Position numbers and translations under genes: made by a program
Virus record (IMG/VR): IMGVR_UViG_3300032224_001473
Span: 2,489 to 66,488 of that record
From: a virus
Length of the DNA stretch: 64,000 bases
Strand: one strand, 5' to 3'
The notes under the pieces: generated by a model
Told to the model about the DNA's origin: nothing
Databases searched by the model: none
The model's input: only the letters and a program-made list of their open reading frames with translations
Shown: piece after piece, positions 1-11,358 of the stretch
How positions within the stretch are numbered: position 1 is the stretch's first letter
Layout: the number at the start of each line of letters is the position of its first letter

Positions 1-2
1 TG

Positions 3-845
3 GGAATTGACAACTTACTTAAGGGTGGGTTAGGAATAGGAGAATTGGGGGTTGTATTAGCTCCCACAGGTACCGGTAAAACTACCTTACTTACTAAGTT
101 CGCAAACACAGCATATAACTTAGGTTATAATGTAGTTCAAATATTTTTTGAAGATAATCCAGGTAATATTAAAAGAAAACACTATACAATTTGGACTGAA
201 ATTGCTCCCGATAGTCAACCTGAATTTAAGGAAGAAGTAAAAGCAAAAGTTGAAGAAGCTCAAACTAAATCTAAAGGTAGTTTGAAGTTATTAAAATTGG
301 CAAGTGATAATGTTACCGTTTCTGAGATTAAAAATAAAATCAGAAAGATGAATTCTGACGGAACTAAAAAAGTTGATTTATTAGTAATAGATTATGTAGA
401 TTGTATTTCAACTGATAAATCAGCTAATGGTGAAGAATGGAAAGGTGAAGGTTCTATTATGAGAAGTTTAGAATCTATGACAGGTGAATTTGAAATGGCA
501 ATATGGACGGCAACACAAGGTAACCGTGAGTCAATTTCAAGTGAAGTAGTAACTGGAGATCAAATGGGTGGATCAATTAAGAAAGCACAAATTGCTCACG
601 TTATAATATCTATTGGTAAAACATTAGAGCAAAAAGACCATAACTTGGCAACACTTACATTATTAAAATCTCGTATTGGTAGAGATGGTGTTGTATTTCA
701 AAACTGTAAATTCAATAACGAGTTTCTTCTTATTGATACAGAGTCTCAAAGTACATTATTGGGACATGAAGAACAAAAAGTTCAGATAAATGCTAATAGA
801 GCGGCGGAAGCATTTAAAAGGAGACAACAAGTGGCTGGAAAATAA
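3..845 (+). CDS. DnaB/gp41-like replicative helicase, C-terminal part (5' end outside window)
   Basis: Frame is open back to the window start (GIDNLLKGGLGIGEL). Walker A APTGTGKT, Walker B LLVIDYVD, ATQGNR and KSRIG motifs of SF4 helicases. Confidence 0.9.
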   Translation, partial: GIDNLLKGGLGIGELGVVLAPTGTGKTTLLTKFANTAYNLGYNVVQIFFEDNPGNIKRKHYTIWTEIAPDSQPEFKEEVKAKVEEAQTKSKGSLKLLKLASDNVTVSEIKNKIRKMNSDGTKKVDLLVIDYVDCISTDKSANGEEWKGEGSIMRSLESMTGEFEMAIWTATQGNRESISSEVVTGDQMGGSIKKAQIAHVIISIGKTLEQKDHNLATLTLLKSRIGRDGVVFQNCKFNNEFLLIDTESQSTLLGHEEQKVQINANRAAEAFKRRQQVAGK

Positions 846-876
846 TAATAAACAAACATAAAAGGAAAAAGAAAAA

Positions 877-3138
877 ATGCAGAAAGGTAAAAAATTTCTG
901 AGTGACTTGAAGTTACACTCAGATTATTTCAAATGGAAGGAAGATGAACAAAGGTATGAATCATGGGAAGATGCATGTGAGAACATAATTGACGGACACA
1001 GAAAAAAATATGTGGATTATGCTGAGGCAATTGAACCATATTTACAATCTGCTGTTGAAAGCATGAAAGATCAAGCTGTATTAGCTTCACAAAGAAACTT
1101 ACAATACAGACATGAACAAATCATGAAACATAACACGAGAATGTTTAACTGTACGTCAGGACACATTGCTCGTAATAGAGTATTCCAAGAGATTTTCTAT
1201 TTGGCATTATCTGGTTGTGGATTCGGTGGAGGATTATTAACTCCTTTTGTAAATAATTTAAGTAAAATACAAAAAAGAACTTTAGGAACTAAAACTTTTT
1301 ATATTGAAGATTCAATTGAAGGTTGGGCAAACGCATTGGGTGTATTGTTATCGTCTTACTTTGTTGACGAACAACCATTCCCTGAATATGCAGGATATGA
1401 AGTTAAATTAGATTATTCTTTAATTCGTGAGAAAGGTGCGTTCATCAGTGGCGGTTTTAAAGCACCTGGTCCTGAAGGTTTAAAACAATCTTTAGAAAAA
1501 ATAGAATCTTTAATTGAAAAGTGGTTAACTAATGAAGGAGAAAAAATTCGTCCTATTTTAGCGTTTGATATTATTTGTCATTCAGCGGATGCTGTATTAT
1601 CGGGAGGTGTTAGACGTTCAGCTTTGAATATGATTGTTGACCCTAATGATGATGAGATGATCCATGCTAAGACAGGTAATTGGAGAATTGAAAACCCACA
1701 AAGAGGTCGTAGTAATAACTCAGTTATTTTATTGAGAAGTGAAGTTGTTAAAGAACAATTCAATTACTTGGTACAATTAAATGATGGAGCAAATGATATT
1801 GGTTTTGTTTTTGCAAATAGTTGGTTTGATATGTTTAACCCATGTTTTGAAATTTTAAAAATCCCTGTATTAGATACAATTGATTTTGGTAAAATCAAAT
1901 ATGACGAAGTTGAACAATATGTTAAAGACAACAAATCTAAGTTTGGTATTCAAGGTTGTAATTTAACCGAGATCAATGCTGAGAAGGCAACAACAAAAGA
2001 AAAATTTTTAAAGGCTTGTAAAGATGCTTCTTTTTTAGGAACACTACAAGCGGGTTATACTAATTTCCCTTATTTAGGTGAAACAAGTAAAGCAATCTTT
2101 GAAAGAGAAGCTTTGTTAGGTGTTAGTATTACAGGTTGGATGAATAATCCTAAATTATTTAATGCTGAATTATTAGAAGAAGGAGCACAAGCTGTAAAAG
2201 ATGCTAATAAAGAATTGGCAGCGGTAATTGGAATTAACCAAGCGGCAAGAACTACATGTGTAAAACCTTCAGGTAATGCATCAGTAGTACTAGGAACTGC
2301 GTCAGGTATTCACCCTGAACACTCTGAAAAGTATTTCCGTATCATGCAGTTAAATAAAGAAAGTAATACTGCAAAATGGTTGGAAGAAAACATGGGATTC
2401 TTATTAGAGGAAAGTGTATGGTCTTCAACTAAATCAGATTACGTTGTATTTGTTCCAGTTGAAAATCCAAAAGTTGGTTTATTCAAAAAGGATATGAAAG
2501 GTATTAAACACCTTGAGTTAATTAAGTTGGTTCAAAAACATTGGGTAAATGCGGGAACTAATCCTGAGTTATGTGCTTATATACCGGTAAATCATAATAC
2601 ATCTTGTACAGTTATTATTGATGATAAAGACGCAATTGTTGATTATATTTGGGAACAAAGAGATTTATTCACCGCCGTTAGTTTCATGTCAGACTACGGA
2701 GACAAAGACTTCAATCAAGCACCTTTCACATCAGTATTGAATTTAAATGAAGTTATTGAAACATACGGTAAAGGATCATTATTAGCGTCAGGATTAATTA
2801 TTGATGGATTACATTACTTCAATCAAAACTTATGGTTGGCTTGTGATACATTACTTGATAGAAGTATTTTATTAACAGGAACAAGAGAACAAGTTTTATT
2901 AAAAGAATATTGGTTATCAAGAGCCAAAAAGTTTGCTAAGAATTACTTTAAAGGAGATATGAAGAAAATGGTTTATTGTTTAAAAGACGTTCATTTATTC
3001 TATAAGTGGGAAACTATTACTCGTCAATTCAAAGAAGTAAACTTCGGTGAAATATTAAATAAACCAGAATACAAGAGTATTTCTGACTATGCTGCTCAGG
3101 CTTGTTCCGGTGCCCAATGCGACGTAACGAGTATCTAA
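877..3138 (+). CDS. nrdJ: Class II (adenosylcobalamin-dependent) ribonucleotide reductase
   Basis: FNC, GGVRRSA, NPCxEI, CNLTEIN and TTCVKPSGN motifs, with a C-terminal CSGAQC cysteine pair. No radical-generating beta subunit gene adjacent. Confidence 0.88.
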   Translation: MQKGKKFLSDLKLHSDYFKWKEDEQRYESWEDACENIIDGHRKKYVDYAEAIEPYLQSAVESMKDQAVLASQRNLQYRHEQIMKHNTRMFNCTSGHIARNRVFQEIFYLALSGCGFGGGLLTPFVNNLSKIQKRTLGTKTFYIEDSIEGWANALGVLLSSYFVDEQPFPEYAGYEVKLDYSLIREKGAFISGGFKAPGPEGLKQSLEKIESLIEKWLTNEGEKIRPILAFDIICHSADAVLSGGVRRSALNMIVDPNDDEMIHAKTGNWRIENPQRGRSNNSVILLRSEVVKEQFNYLVQLNDGANDIGFVFANSWFDMFNPCFEILKIPVLDTIDFGKIKYDEVEQYVKDNKSKFGIQGCNLTEINAEKATTKEKFLKACKDASFLGTLQAGYTNFPYLGETSKAIFEREALLGVSITGWMNNPKLFNAELLEEGAQAVKDANKELAAVIGINQAARTTCVKPSGNASVVLGTASGIHPEHSEKYFRIMQLNKESNTAKWLEENMGFLLEESVWSSTKSDYVVFVPVENPKVGLFKKDMKGIKHLELIKLVQKHWVNAGTNPELCAYIPVNHNTSCTVIIDDKDAIVDYIWEQRDLFTAVSFMSDYGDKDFNQAPFTSVLNLNEVIETYGKGSLLASGLIIDGLHYFNQNLWLACDTLLDRSILLTGTREQVLLKEYWLSRAKKFAKNYFKGDMKKMVYCLKDVHLFYKWETITRQFKEVNFGEILNKPEYKSISDYAAQACSGAQCDVTSI

Positions 3139-3305
3139 TGGTAGAAGGAGTAGATTATTACATAGATGAGAAGTCGGGGCTTATGGTCCTGACTTCTTTG
3201 TTTTTACAGAAACGAGGGTATTGTTGTTCCAATGGATGTGCAAATTGTCCTTATGACCCCCCACATATTATTAAAGAGAACCCAAAAATAAAAGAGGATA
3301 CATAA
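3138..3305 (+). CDS. Small Cys-rich protein (DUF5522-like)
   Basis: ATG overlaps the nrdJ stop (TAATG). DYY...LMVLT..FL.KRGYCCSNGCANCPY pattern. Confidence 0.75.
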   Translation: MVEGVDYYIDEKSGLMVLTSLFLQKRGYCCSNGCANCPYDPPHIIKENPKIKEDT

Positions 3306-3335
3306 CCATTTTGTGTTTGTTTATATTTATTGAAT

Positions 3336-3788
3336 ATGGCGACAACATACGGTATTGATTATCCATTTAGAGACAGTTCCAAGGGAGATTATCTGAATAT
3401 GACAGAAATCCCTGAAAAGGAAATTAGAGCTAACCTAATACATCTTATATTAACAAGAAGAGGTAGTAGATATTACTTACCTGATTTTGGAACAAGAATG
3501 TATGAATTTATCTTTGATCAGAACGATTTTATTACCCATAATTTAATTGAAGAAGAAATTAGAGAAGGAGTTAAGAAGTATATTCCAAATTTAGAGATCA
3601 ATACTATTTCAATAATGTCAGCCGAAGATGATCCAGACCAACATAGAAGTTTTTCACAAGAAGAAGATGAGAGATTATTCAGGGTGTCTGAAGAATCAAC
3701 AAAACCATATACTGCAGTAGTTAAAATAAACTATACAGTAAATAACGGATCTTTCACAACATCGGACTTTATAATTTTAAACATATAA
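3336..3788 (+). CDS. Baseplate wedge subunit, gp25/GPW-like
   Basis: NLIHLILTRRGSRYYLPDFGTRMYEFIFD is the typical gp25-family pattern. Start taken as ATG 3336, just downstream of a TATTTAT box. Confidence 0.88.
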   Translation: MATTYGIDYPFRDSSKGDYLNMTEIPEKEIRANLIHLILTRRGSRYYLPDFGTRMYEFIFDQNDFITHNLIEEEIREGVKKYIPNLEINTISIMSAEDDPDQHRSFSQEEDERLFRVSEESTKPYTAVVKINYTVNNGSFTTSDFIILNI

Positions 3789-3789
3789 A

Positions 3790-5622
3790 ATGAGTAAACA
3801 AATATCATACGCAACCAGAGATTTTCAGGGATTAAGAAATGAGTTGGTAACATTAACCAAAAACTATTATCCTGATTTAGTTAAGAACTTTAACGACGCA
3901 TCAATATATTCTGTATTATTGGATATTAATGCCGCGGTTGCGGATAATTTACACTTTCATATTGATAGAGTTTGGCAAGAAACTATGTTGGACTTTGCTC
4001 AACAAAGACAATCATTATACCATATTGCTAAAACATACGGATTAAGATTACCTGGAGTTAGACCTTCAGTTGCGTTGTGTGATTTTTCTATTACTGTTGA
4101 TGTAAGAGGGGATAAAGAAGATACGAGATATTTGGGAATATTAAAAGGTGGTGCACAAGTTTCAGGAGGAGGTCAGATTTTTGAAACAATTGATGACATT
4201 GATTTTTCTGTCCCTTTCAACAAGAAAGGAGAACCTAATAGATTAAAAATTCCTAATTTTGACGCTAATAATAAATTAATTTCATATACAATAACTAAAA
4301 GAGAAGCGGTTGTTAATGGAATTACCAAAATATATAGAAGAGTTATAAATCAAATAGATCAAAAACCTTTTTTAAAGTTATATCTACCAGAACAAAATGT
4401 ATTAGGTGTAACATCGGTTATACATAAAGACGGTACTAACTTTGCTAGTAACCCAACAACAAATGAATTTTCAAGTACCACAAATAAATGGTATGAAGTT
4501 AAATCATTAATTCAAGATAAAGTTTTTGTTCCAGACCCAACAGCGGTTTCTGATACTAATAATTTTACCGCCGGTACCTTTATTGATGTTAATAATAAAT
4601 TTGTAACTGAATATACTCCTGAAAACTATTTTTCAATGACGTTTGGTTCAGGTACTGTTAATCCATTAGATAATTTGGATAACTATATGACAGGTCAATT
4701 AAAAGTAAATTTGGCAAGCTATCTTAATAATTTATCTTTAGGTCAAACACCAAAACTTAATACAACATTATTTGTACAGTATCGTGTAGGTGGAGGTAAG
4801 GATAGTAATTTAGGGGTAAATGTCATCACAAGTGTTGATGATGTAGAATTTAACGTTAGTGGACCGATATCAACCAAGAACTCAAGTGTTGTACAATCAT
4901 TACGTGTCACAAATATCACACCAGCAGTAGGTGGTGCGGACGCTCCGACAATTGAAGAAATTCGTAATATGGTTTCATTTAACTTTTCAGCACAAAATAG
5001 AGCGGTTACATTAAACGATTATAAATCATTAATTGAAACAATGCCGTCCACATATGGTGCTCCGGCTAAGGTTAATGTTATGGAGGAAGACAATAAGGTT
5101 AGAATTAAATTATTATCATATGATGATAAGGGTAATTTAACAGATACCGTTTCTAACACATTAAAATCCAATATATTATCATATCTTTCTGAATATAAAA
5201 TGATTAACGATTTTATTGATATTGTAAGTGGTGAAGTTATTGATTTAGGATTAGAAATTGATTTAAACATTGATAAAAACACTAACCAAACCGATATTAT
5301 TCAAACTGTCATCAATGATGTTATTACGTATTTTGATTATACTAAACGTAAAATGGGAGATCCATTATTCATTGGAGCATTAAATAAAATCGTAGGTAGT
5401 GTTTCTGGTGTAATCAACGTAATTGAAACTAGAGTTTTCAGTAAAATAGGTGGAGATTATTCATCCGCTCAAGTATCACAACCGTATAAGGATAGTAATA
5501 CTAAAGAGATTGCACAATCAGATAATATCGTATTCATGAAATCTAATCAAATTTTTCAAATTAGGTTCCCAAATGTAGATATTAAGGTTAGAACTAAAAC
5601 TTTAGGAACGACTACATATTAA
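3790..5622 (+). CDS. Baseplate wedge protein, T4 gp6/baseplate J-like
   Basis: YATRDF..LR, AVGGADA.TIEEIR and AQNRAVTLNDY motifs. Directly follows the gp25-like gene. Confidence 0.88.
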   Translation: MSKQISYATRDFQGLRNELVTLTKNYYPDLVKNFNDASIYSVLLDINAAVADNLHFHIDRVWQETMLDFAQQRQSLYHIAKTYGLRLPGVRPSVALCDFSITVDVRGDKEDTRYLGILKGGAQVSGGGQIFETIDDIDFSVPFNKKGEPNRLKIPNFDANNKLISYTITKREAVVNGITKIYRRVINQIDQKPFLKLYLPEQNVLGVTSVIHKDGTNFASNPTTNEFSSTTNKWYEVKSLIQDKVFVPDPTAVSDTNNFTAGTFIDVNNKFVTEYTPENYFSMTFGSGTVNPLDNLDNYMTGQLKVNLASYLNNLSLGQTPKLNTTLFVQYRVGGGKDSNLGVNVITSVDDVEFNVSGPISTKNSSVVQSLRVTNITPAVGGADAPTIEEIRNMVSFNFSAQNRAVTLNDYKSLIETMPSTYGAPAKVNVMEEDNKVRIKLLSYDDKGNLTDTVSNTLKSNILSYLSEYKMINDFIDIVSGEVIDLGLEIDLNIDKNTNQTDIIQTVINDVITYFDYTKRKMGDPLFIGALNKIVGSVSGVINVIETRVFSKIGGDYSSAQVSQPYKDSNTKEIAQSDNIVFMKSNQIFQIRFPNVDIKVRTKTLGTTTY

Positions 5623-5677
5623 AATGTTTTTTCGTTATAATATATAGAAAATCACATAGTTTCTATTTATTATAAGA

Positions 5678-8600
5678 ATGATACAAAAACACAGAATTTC
5701 AACTAATTTAGGGGTTGACCAAAAGATTACAGTTGAGTTAAAACAAGATTTTGACGTATTGGAGATTCTATCTCTAAAATTTTCTCAACAAGAAATCTAT
5801 ACATCAATATGTTCGGACTATGGGGTTGTTTGTGGTAGAGTTACCGCTAACAATGGTTTTGGACTTGGAAATGCTCGTGTTTCTATTTTCATACCTTTAG
5901 ATACTGAAGATGAAGATAATCCTGTAATATCTAAACTATACCCATACAAAGAGGTTACAGATAAAGACGATTCTAATTATAGATATAATTTATTACCGTC
6001 AAGACAACAACACGGAGGACATGCGGCAACGGGAACATTCTTTGATCAATCTGATATTTTAACAAGAGAAGAGGTTTTAGAGGTATATGAAAAATATTAC
6101 AAATACACAGTAAAAACAAATAGTGCGGGTGATTTCATGATATGGGGAGTACCAGTAGGACCTCAAACAATTCACGTAGATGTTGACTTATCTGACATTG
6201 GTTGTTTCTCATTAAGACCATATGATCTACAAAGATTAGGTATTGGTACTGATGGATTTAAAAACAAATATACATTTAAGTCATCTGAAGATTTGGATTC
6301 CTTACCACAAATTGTGAGTTTTAATAAGATCATTGAGGTTTATCCATTTTGGGGGAACGAGGATTTATGTGAGATAGGTATCACAAGAAGTGATTTTGAT
6401 TTATCAGATAAAGGAGTTAACATAAAACCAACCGCATATTTGATTGGAGGTGTTTACACAGACAATGGTAAAAATTCAATCAATAAGAATTGTACTCCTA
6501 AAGCCAAAATGGGAAGAAAGTGTGATCTGTCCGCAAAATCTGCAAATATTGAAGCCATTAGATTTTTACCAATTAAAGACGATGATAATAGACCTTATTT
6601 AGAGTATCTTCCAATTGATGAGGATATTCCTGATGACGGTGGTTTTGTTTTACCGTTAGAAATGAATATGGATTATGTTATTACTAATGAATTTGGTGAA
6701 AATGAATATACAAATGACCCAAATAAAGGTATTGCAACATCAGCATGTTATCGTTTTAGATTTAATTTAAACGATAAAGGAGTTGAACGAGCAAGAAACA
6801 ACGCCGATTATTTAGTTCCTAACATTAGAGAATATGAAAATGATATTAATAGTTCATATTATTTTGGAACAGAATGGAGTGGATACCCACAAAATGCTGT
6901 TAGTGTGAATGGTAGTCACGGTATTTTATACAATGAAGGAGGTCAATTTTATCCAAGAGATTATTTTTATAGATTTAATTATAATAAAGTTTACACAGTA
7001 TCTTCCTTACAATCATCATATGTTAACAATGGAATATTTGGAAAAAATCAATATTTGGGGTTAAAAGAATTAGTCCCAAGTGAAGAAGAAGATTGTGCGG
7101 ATAACTTAACACCACCGGTAAATTTTGGGACTAAAAATTATACATTCACATTATTAATATCTGACGTTCTTTTATTTGCTGAACATTTAATAAATTTAGT
7201 AACATTAACATTTTTAAATGCATTAGTAAAATTACTTTTTACTATTGGTGATGCTGCGGATTTTAGACCGATACGAAGTTTAGCAAGAAGTATAAAACGT
7301 GCAGCATTTAGAGCGCAAGAAAATGCCCAAAGAAGACTCTACTTAATAAATTATCCTGAATGTGAAGAATGTAATGGTGATAATTCATTAGGTACAATTA
7401 TAAATTCTGGAGGACAAGCGGGACAACGTTGTTCTATTGGTTCAGTTACAATTGAAGGTGATTATATAGAAAATAATAGAACATTAACGGTTAATACAAT
7501 TTCATTTTTAGCAAGCACTGTGGGAAATTGTAGCGGACTTACAACAATTGATATTGTAACTTTTATTCAGACTCAAAATAATTATGTGATTTCTAGTAGT
7601 AATTACGGAGATTTAAATTTAACAAATCAATTTAGCGGTACTCCATCATATGGTACAGATGGAATTACTATAACGGGGTACACAGATATTAAATTTCAAG
7701 ACGATAGTGCATTGTTTGGCGAACCTTTTTCATACACATTAACCTTAAGAAGTGCAACCGATACTGAATCTAGTAATACTATTACAACCATAAATTTAGA
7801 AGAAGGTTGTGACATTTATGACACACCTTACGATGAATCATTAATTACATATTATTACATAGGTACGGGAAGAACAAAAGTTCCTTTTGTATCATTTATA
7901 CCTGGTAGTGATGTTACGGCAACAAATTTATCTGGAGATAATGGGTCAGGTTCTAATTACACATCAACGTTATCTGACGATATTTTTTATTATCCAAATG
8001 CGGGAGTACCATTGGTATCTGTGTGGGAAGGAGAAACTCATGAACGATTAACACCAAGTGGCCAATCAGAATTTCAAAATGGAGTCTTTACGGTTGTACC
8101 AGGGGCACAAACAACGGAAAGAATTTGGGAAATATTACGAGAATACAGAAGAAGAAAAAGAATAGGTAAATTATTTTGTGGAGGAATTGTTAACTACGGT
8201 TTTATAGATAATTGGTTATCCGGTTCGTTATATTTTTTCCAATTCAAAGCTAAAAAAGTTAATAAAGGAATTGAGAGTGTTATAAAATATTGTAGAAATG
8301 TTGTAAGATTTGTTGAAGGTCCAAACAGATTTTATTACCGTTCAGCTTTTAGTAGTAGTAACGGAACAACATTTACAAGATCTAATGGTATACTTGGATT
8401 TCCAACAACAATTGTTGATTTAGGACCAAGAGATGAATTTATTAAAGAAATTTGTATTGATAAAAATTTAGATCCTAACTGTTCAGTTTCACGTTCAATA
8501 GGTCCAACATCATTTAAAAGTTTTGGTGAATTAATGGGATTAGCAATTAACTATAGAATGGATACTAGTAATAATTCTTTTGGAATTGATAATTTCTTTG

Positions 8601-9460
8601 ATAATGCGGGATTCACAGGTCAAAGTTTTAATAAGGTATTTGATGGAGATTTATTACAATTAATTTCAATTAATAATGAAGCAGGTATTGAAGAGTTTGA
8701 TTTACAAAGTCCAAAATATATTGGTTATTCGTATCAAATTTTAGATCCTGATTTATATCCTAATGTGTTTAAAAAAGATGGATATTGGGGACCATTACCT
8801 GTAACGTTGGAATTAGACGAAGACGGTGAAAGAGTAAGGTTATGTTTAAATGAACCGGGGAGATTAACTGAATCATCACAAAAAGTTCCGTTTTATTTAT
8901 GGGATAAAAAAGGAACTGGATTTGGCGGAACAAGTGAAGCAACATCCGACGATCAATCATGGGATTATAGTTCGGTACAACTACAACCATTACAAGGTAT
9001 GACTTATGGTTACACATTAACAGGTGGGACAAACGATTCGTCAGACCAATATCTTTTATTACCAATAACAAATACATTTGGTGGTTTAGTTATAAGTGGA
9101 ATGAACTTAACTAACGAAATTGAATTTGATGTTGTATATTCAGGAACATCCACAGGATATATACAATACAATTCTGAATATCCAGGTTATACGGTTCTAC
9201 GAGTTACAGGTGGAACTATCAACGACCCAACTAGTGGTACGTTATATATTCGTTATGGATCCGCAGGAACTTGGCAAGTGATACCTTGGAATACAGGAGT
9301 TGATTTTATATTACCACAAAGACAAGATTATTATAGTGGTACAAAACAAATTCTCTCAACACCATACCAATTTTATTTTGGACTGAAAGCCGGCAAAACA
9401 GGGCTTGATAAGTTTATTGACCTATTTGGTCCTAAAGGAGCATTCCCATCAGCTGAATAA
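5678..9460 (+). CDS. Large baseplate/tail structural protein with an N-terminal carboxypeptidase-regulatory-like beta-sandwich
   Basis: GVVCGRV...NARVSIF and TNSAGDFMIWGVPVG patterns. Lies in the baseplate operon behind a TATTTAT box. Confidence 0.6.
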   Translation: MIQKHRISTNLGVDQKITVELKQDFDVLEILSLKFSQQEIYTSICSDYGVVCGRVTANNGFGLGNARVSIFIPLDTEDEDNPVISKLYPYKEVTDKDDSNYRYNLLPSRQQHGGHAATGTFFDQSDILTREEVLEVYEKYYKYTVKTNSAGDFMIWGVPVGPQTIHVDVDLSDIGCFSLRPYDLQRLGIGTDGFKNKYTFKSSEDLDSLPQIVSFNKIIEVYPFWGNEDLCEIGITRSDFDLSDKGVNIKPTAYLIGGVYTDNGKNSINKNCTPKAKMGRKCDLSAKSANIEAIRFLPIKDDDNRPYLEYLPIDEDIPDDGGFVLPLEMNMDYVITNEFGENEYTNDPNKGIATSACYRFRFNLNDKGVERARNNADYLVPNIREYENDINSSYYFGTEWSGYPQNAVSVNGSHGILYNEGGQFYPRDYFYRFNYNKVYTVSSLQSSYVNNGIFGKNQYLGLKELVPSEEEDCADNLTPPVNFGTKNYTFTLLISDVLLFAEHLINLVTLTFLNALVKLLFTIGDAADFRPIRSLARSIKRAAFRAQENAQRRLYLINYPECEECNGDNSLGTIINSGGQAGQRCSIGSVTIEGDYIENNRTLTVNTISFLASTVGNCSGLTTIDIVTFIQTQNNYVISSSNYGDLNLTNQFSGTPSYGTDGITITGYTDIKFQDDSALFGEPFSYTLTLRSATDTESSNTITTINLEEGCDIYDTPYDESLITYYYIGTGRTKVPFVSFIPGSDVTATNLSGDNGSGSNYTSTLSDDIFYYPNAGVPLVSVWEGETHERLTPSGQSEFQNGVFTVVPGAQTTERIWEILREYRRRKRIGKLFCGGIVNYGFIDNWLSGSLYFFQFKAKKVNKGIESVIKYCRNVVRFVEGPNRFYYRSAFSSSNGTTFTRSNGILGFPTTIVDLGPRDEFIKEICIDKNLDPNCSVSRSIGPTSFKSFGELMGLAINYRMDTSNNSFGIDNFFDNAGFTGQSFNKVFDGDLLQLISINNEAGIEEFDLQSPKYIGYSYQILDPDLYPNVFKKDGYWGPLPVTLELDEDGERVRLCLNEPGRLTESSQKVPFYLWDKKGTGFGGTSEATSDDQSWDYSSVQLQPLQGMTYGYTLTGGTNDSSDQYLLLPITNTFGGLVISGMNLTNEIEFDVVYSGTSTGYIQYNSEYPGYTVLRVTGGTINDPTSGTLYIRYGSAGTWQVIPWNTGVDFILPQRQDYYSGTKQILSTPYQFYFGLKAGKTGLDKFIDLFGPKGAFPSAE

Positions 9461-11358
9461 TGGAAAAGAAAGAAATATTATTACCAACCAAAAGGTACTT
9501 TAAGGCAGAAGAACAAGATTTAAATCTTAGCGTTAAGTTAGAAAATGATGAAACATTGTTAAGACAAGGTGATAAAGATATTGTTTTAAATTTAGCTGAT
9601 TTATTTAATGAAGAAAGAAATAAATCTATTAACTATAAAATTTACGGTAAAATAAAAATGGTATTTAGGAACATGTATTCAGGTTATACTCAATACCAAC
9701 CATTATTAAGGAACCTTTATTTATCAGGTGATGGTACAGGAAGTGATATTGGATTTGTACCATATAATGAATTTGCGTTTTTAAGAAATGATGTTGTAAG
9801 AGAAAAGACAACACCAAAATCAGGATCAACACTTGGATATCAAACTTCAGCACCGAGTATTACTTTAGATACGGGAACGCCGGTGGGTAGATACACGGGC
9901 CACACAACTATGTCATCGTTAGATGCACCATATAAAAATTGGAATTTGTATTTGAGTTATGTTGATTCACACGATACAGGATTCACAATGAATTATACAT
10001 TATCTGGAGACACAAATGGAGATAAGACATATTCATTTAAATCTAAAGATGGTATACCATTTAGGGTTGAATCAAATGATAATTATTATACATTAACATC
10101 ACCTGTTGAACATGGGATTTTACAAGGAGAACATATAATATTATCTGGATCAACAATGTTAAGTGGGTTGTCAATAAATAATAAAATTTTTTACGTTGAT
10201 AGTGTCGGAAATGAAATTTATAATTCAGAAAAATACGTAATAAATTTATTAAAAAGTGAACTTACTTTCGGTCATACATTAAGTGGAGTTACTTTTGTTT
10301 TGGGTAAAAGATGTATTGACGTAAATGATATAACAGGAACAACATCAACATATTACGTACATAAACATAAAACATTAACAACAATAGATGACTACATTTT
10401 AGATAAAGTTGGTTTTGAAAATTCAATATGGGAAGACGAAAGAAAAATATTATTTGAAAATACATTACAAGAGAATGATGTTTTAGTGGAAAGAAACAGA
10501 CAAGAGGCTTTGTTATTTGATTTTAAAAATACATTTTCATTATCAGGTATAACAAATAATTTAGGTTACACACCAACTGAGGTTTACGTCACAACAATTT
10601 TTAAAAATAGTAATGGATTATTTGATTACCCACCAAAAGTAGGATTTAAATTTAATTTTCATGGATCGGAATCACCAACAGGTGAAAAAATAGGTTGGAT
10701 TGATAATCAATTTAGTGGAACAACATCAGTTGAAAAGGCAATGAGTGGATTAACACAAACATTTAATGGTAAAAAAGTAACAATATTAGGTAATACATAC
10801 AATTATACGGGTACAACATTTACGGGCGGAACATCAATACCTTTAAACACAACCGGTATTACTGGTGCATTTGTTGAATATAATGAAAAAGAATTAAAGG
10901 AAAGAATTATAAGTGAAACATATCATAAGTTTTCACATTTAAAAATTGTAGGAGGAGTTCAAATATTTGATCATTATCAAGATCAATCAAGTTTTTATTC
11001 AGGTGCAACAACAGGTAATACGGTCGGTTATTACTATCAACCACATTATAGAGTTAAACTAAGGGAATTATCACCATATATTGAAACATCAAAACTTGAT
11101 GTAACGCAACCAAATACATTAGTTGATTTACCTGAAAACGCAATATACGACGAAAAAGAAAAACTTTGGAAATGGAGAGATCTTTATGATCACGGGTTTA
11201 TTGATCAAGAAGGAAACGGAACAAATTTTCCATTTATAAATAATACACATTACGTAATTAAAAACATTAATTTTTATTTAAGAAATGAAAAATCTTATAC
11301 AAATAAAAAAGATAATTTAAATGGATTTAATAACTATAAAAATAAAACTAACTGTTAA
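9460..11358 (+). CDS. Putative virion structural protein
   Basis: 632 aa, translationally coupled (TAATG) in the baseplate operon. Rich in [ST]GxT motifs. Confidence 0.6.
   Translation: MEKKEILLPTKRYFKAEEQDLNLSVKLENDETLLRQGDKDIVLNLADLFNEERNKSINYKIYGKIKMVFRNMYSGYTQYQPLLRNLYLSGDGTGSDIGFVPYNEFAFLRNDVVREKTTPKSGSTLGYQTSAPSITLDTGTPVGRYTGHTTMSSLDAPYKNWNLYLSYVDSHDTGFTMNYTLSGDTNGDKTYSFKSKDGIPFRVESNDNYYTLTSPVEHGILQGEHIILSGSTMLSGLSINNKIFYVDSVGNEIYNSEKYVINLLKSELTFGHTLSGVTFVLGKRCIDVNDITGTTSTYYVHKHKTLTTIDDYILDKVGFENSIWEDERKILFENTLQENDVLVERNRQEALLFDFKNTFSLSGITNNLGYTPTEVYVTTIFKNSNGLFDYPPKVGFKFNFHGSESPTGEKIGWIDNQFSGTTSVEKAMSGLTQTFNGKKVTILGNTYNYTGTTFTGGTSIPLNTTGITGAFVEYNEKELKERIISETYHKFSHLKIVGGVQIFDHYQDQSSFYSGATTGNTVGYYYQPHYRVKLRELSPYIETSKLDVTQPNTLVDLPENAIYDEKEKLWKWRDLYDHGFIDQEGNGTNFPFINNTHYVIKNINFYLRNEKSYTNKKDNLNGFNNYKNKTNC

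Noticed and set aside
877-3138. Possible intein or intron in nrdJ or the helicase
   Set aside because: Catalytic motifs are contiguous, and no intein splice motifs or homing-endonuclease insert were seen.
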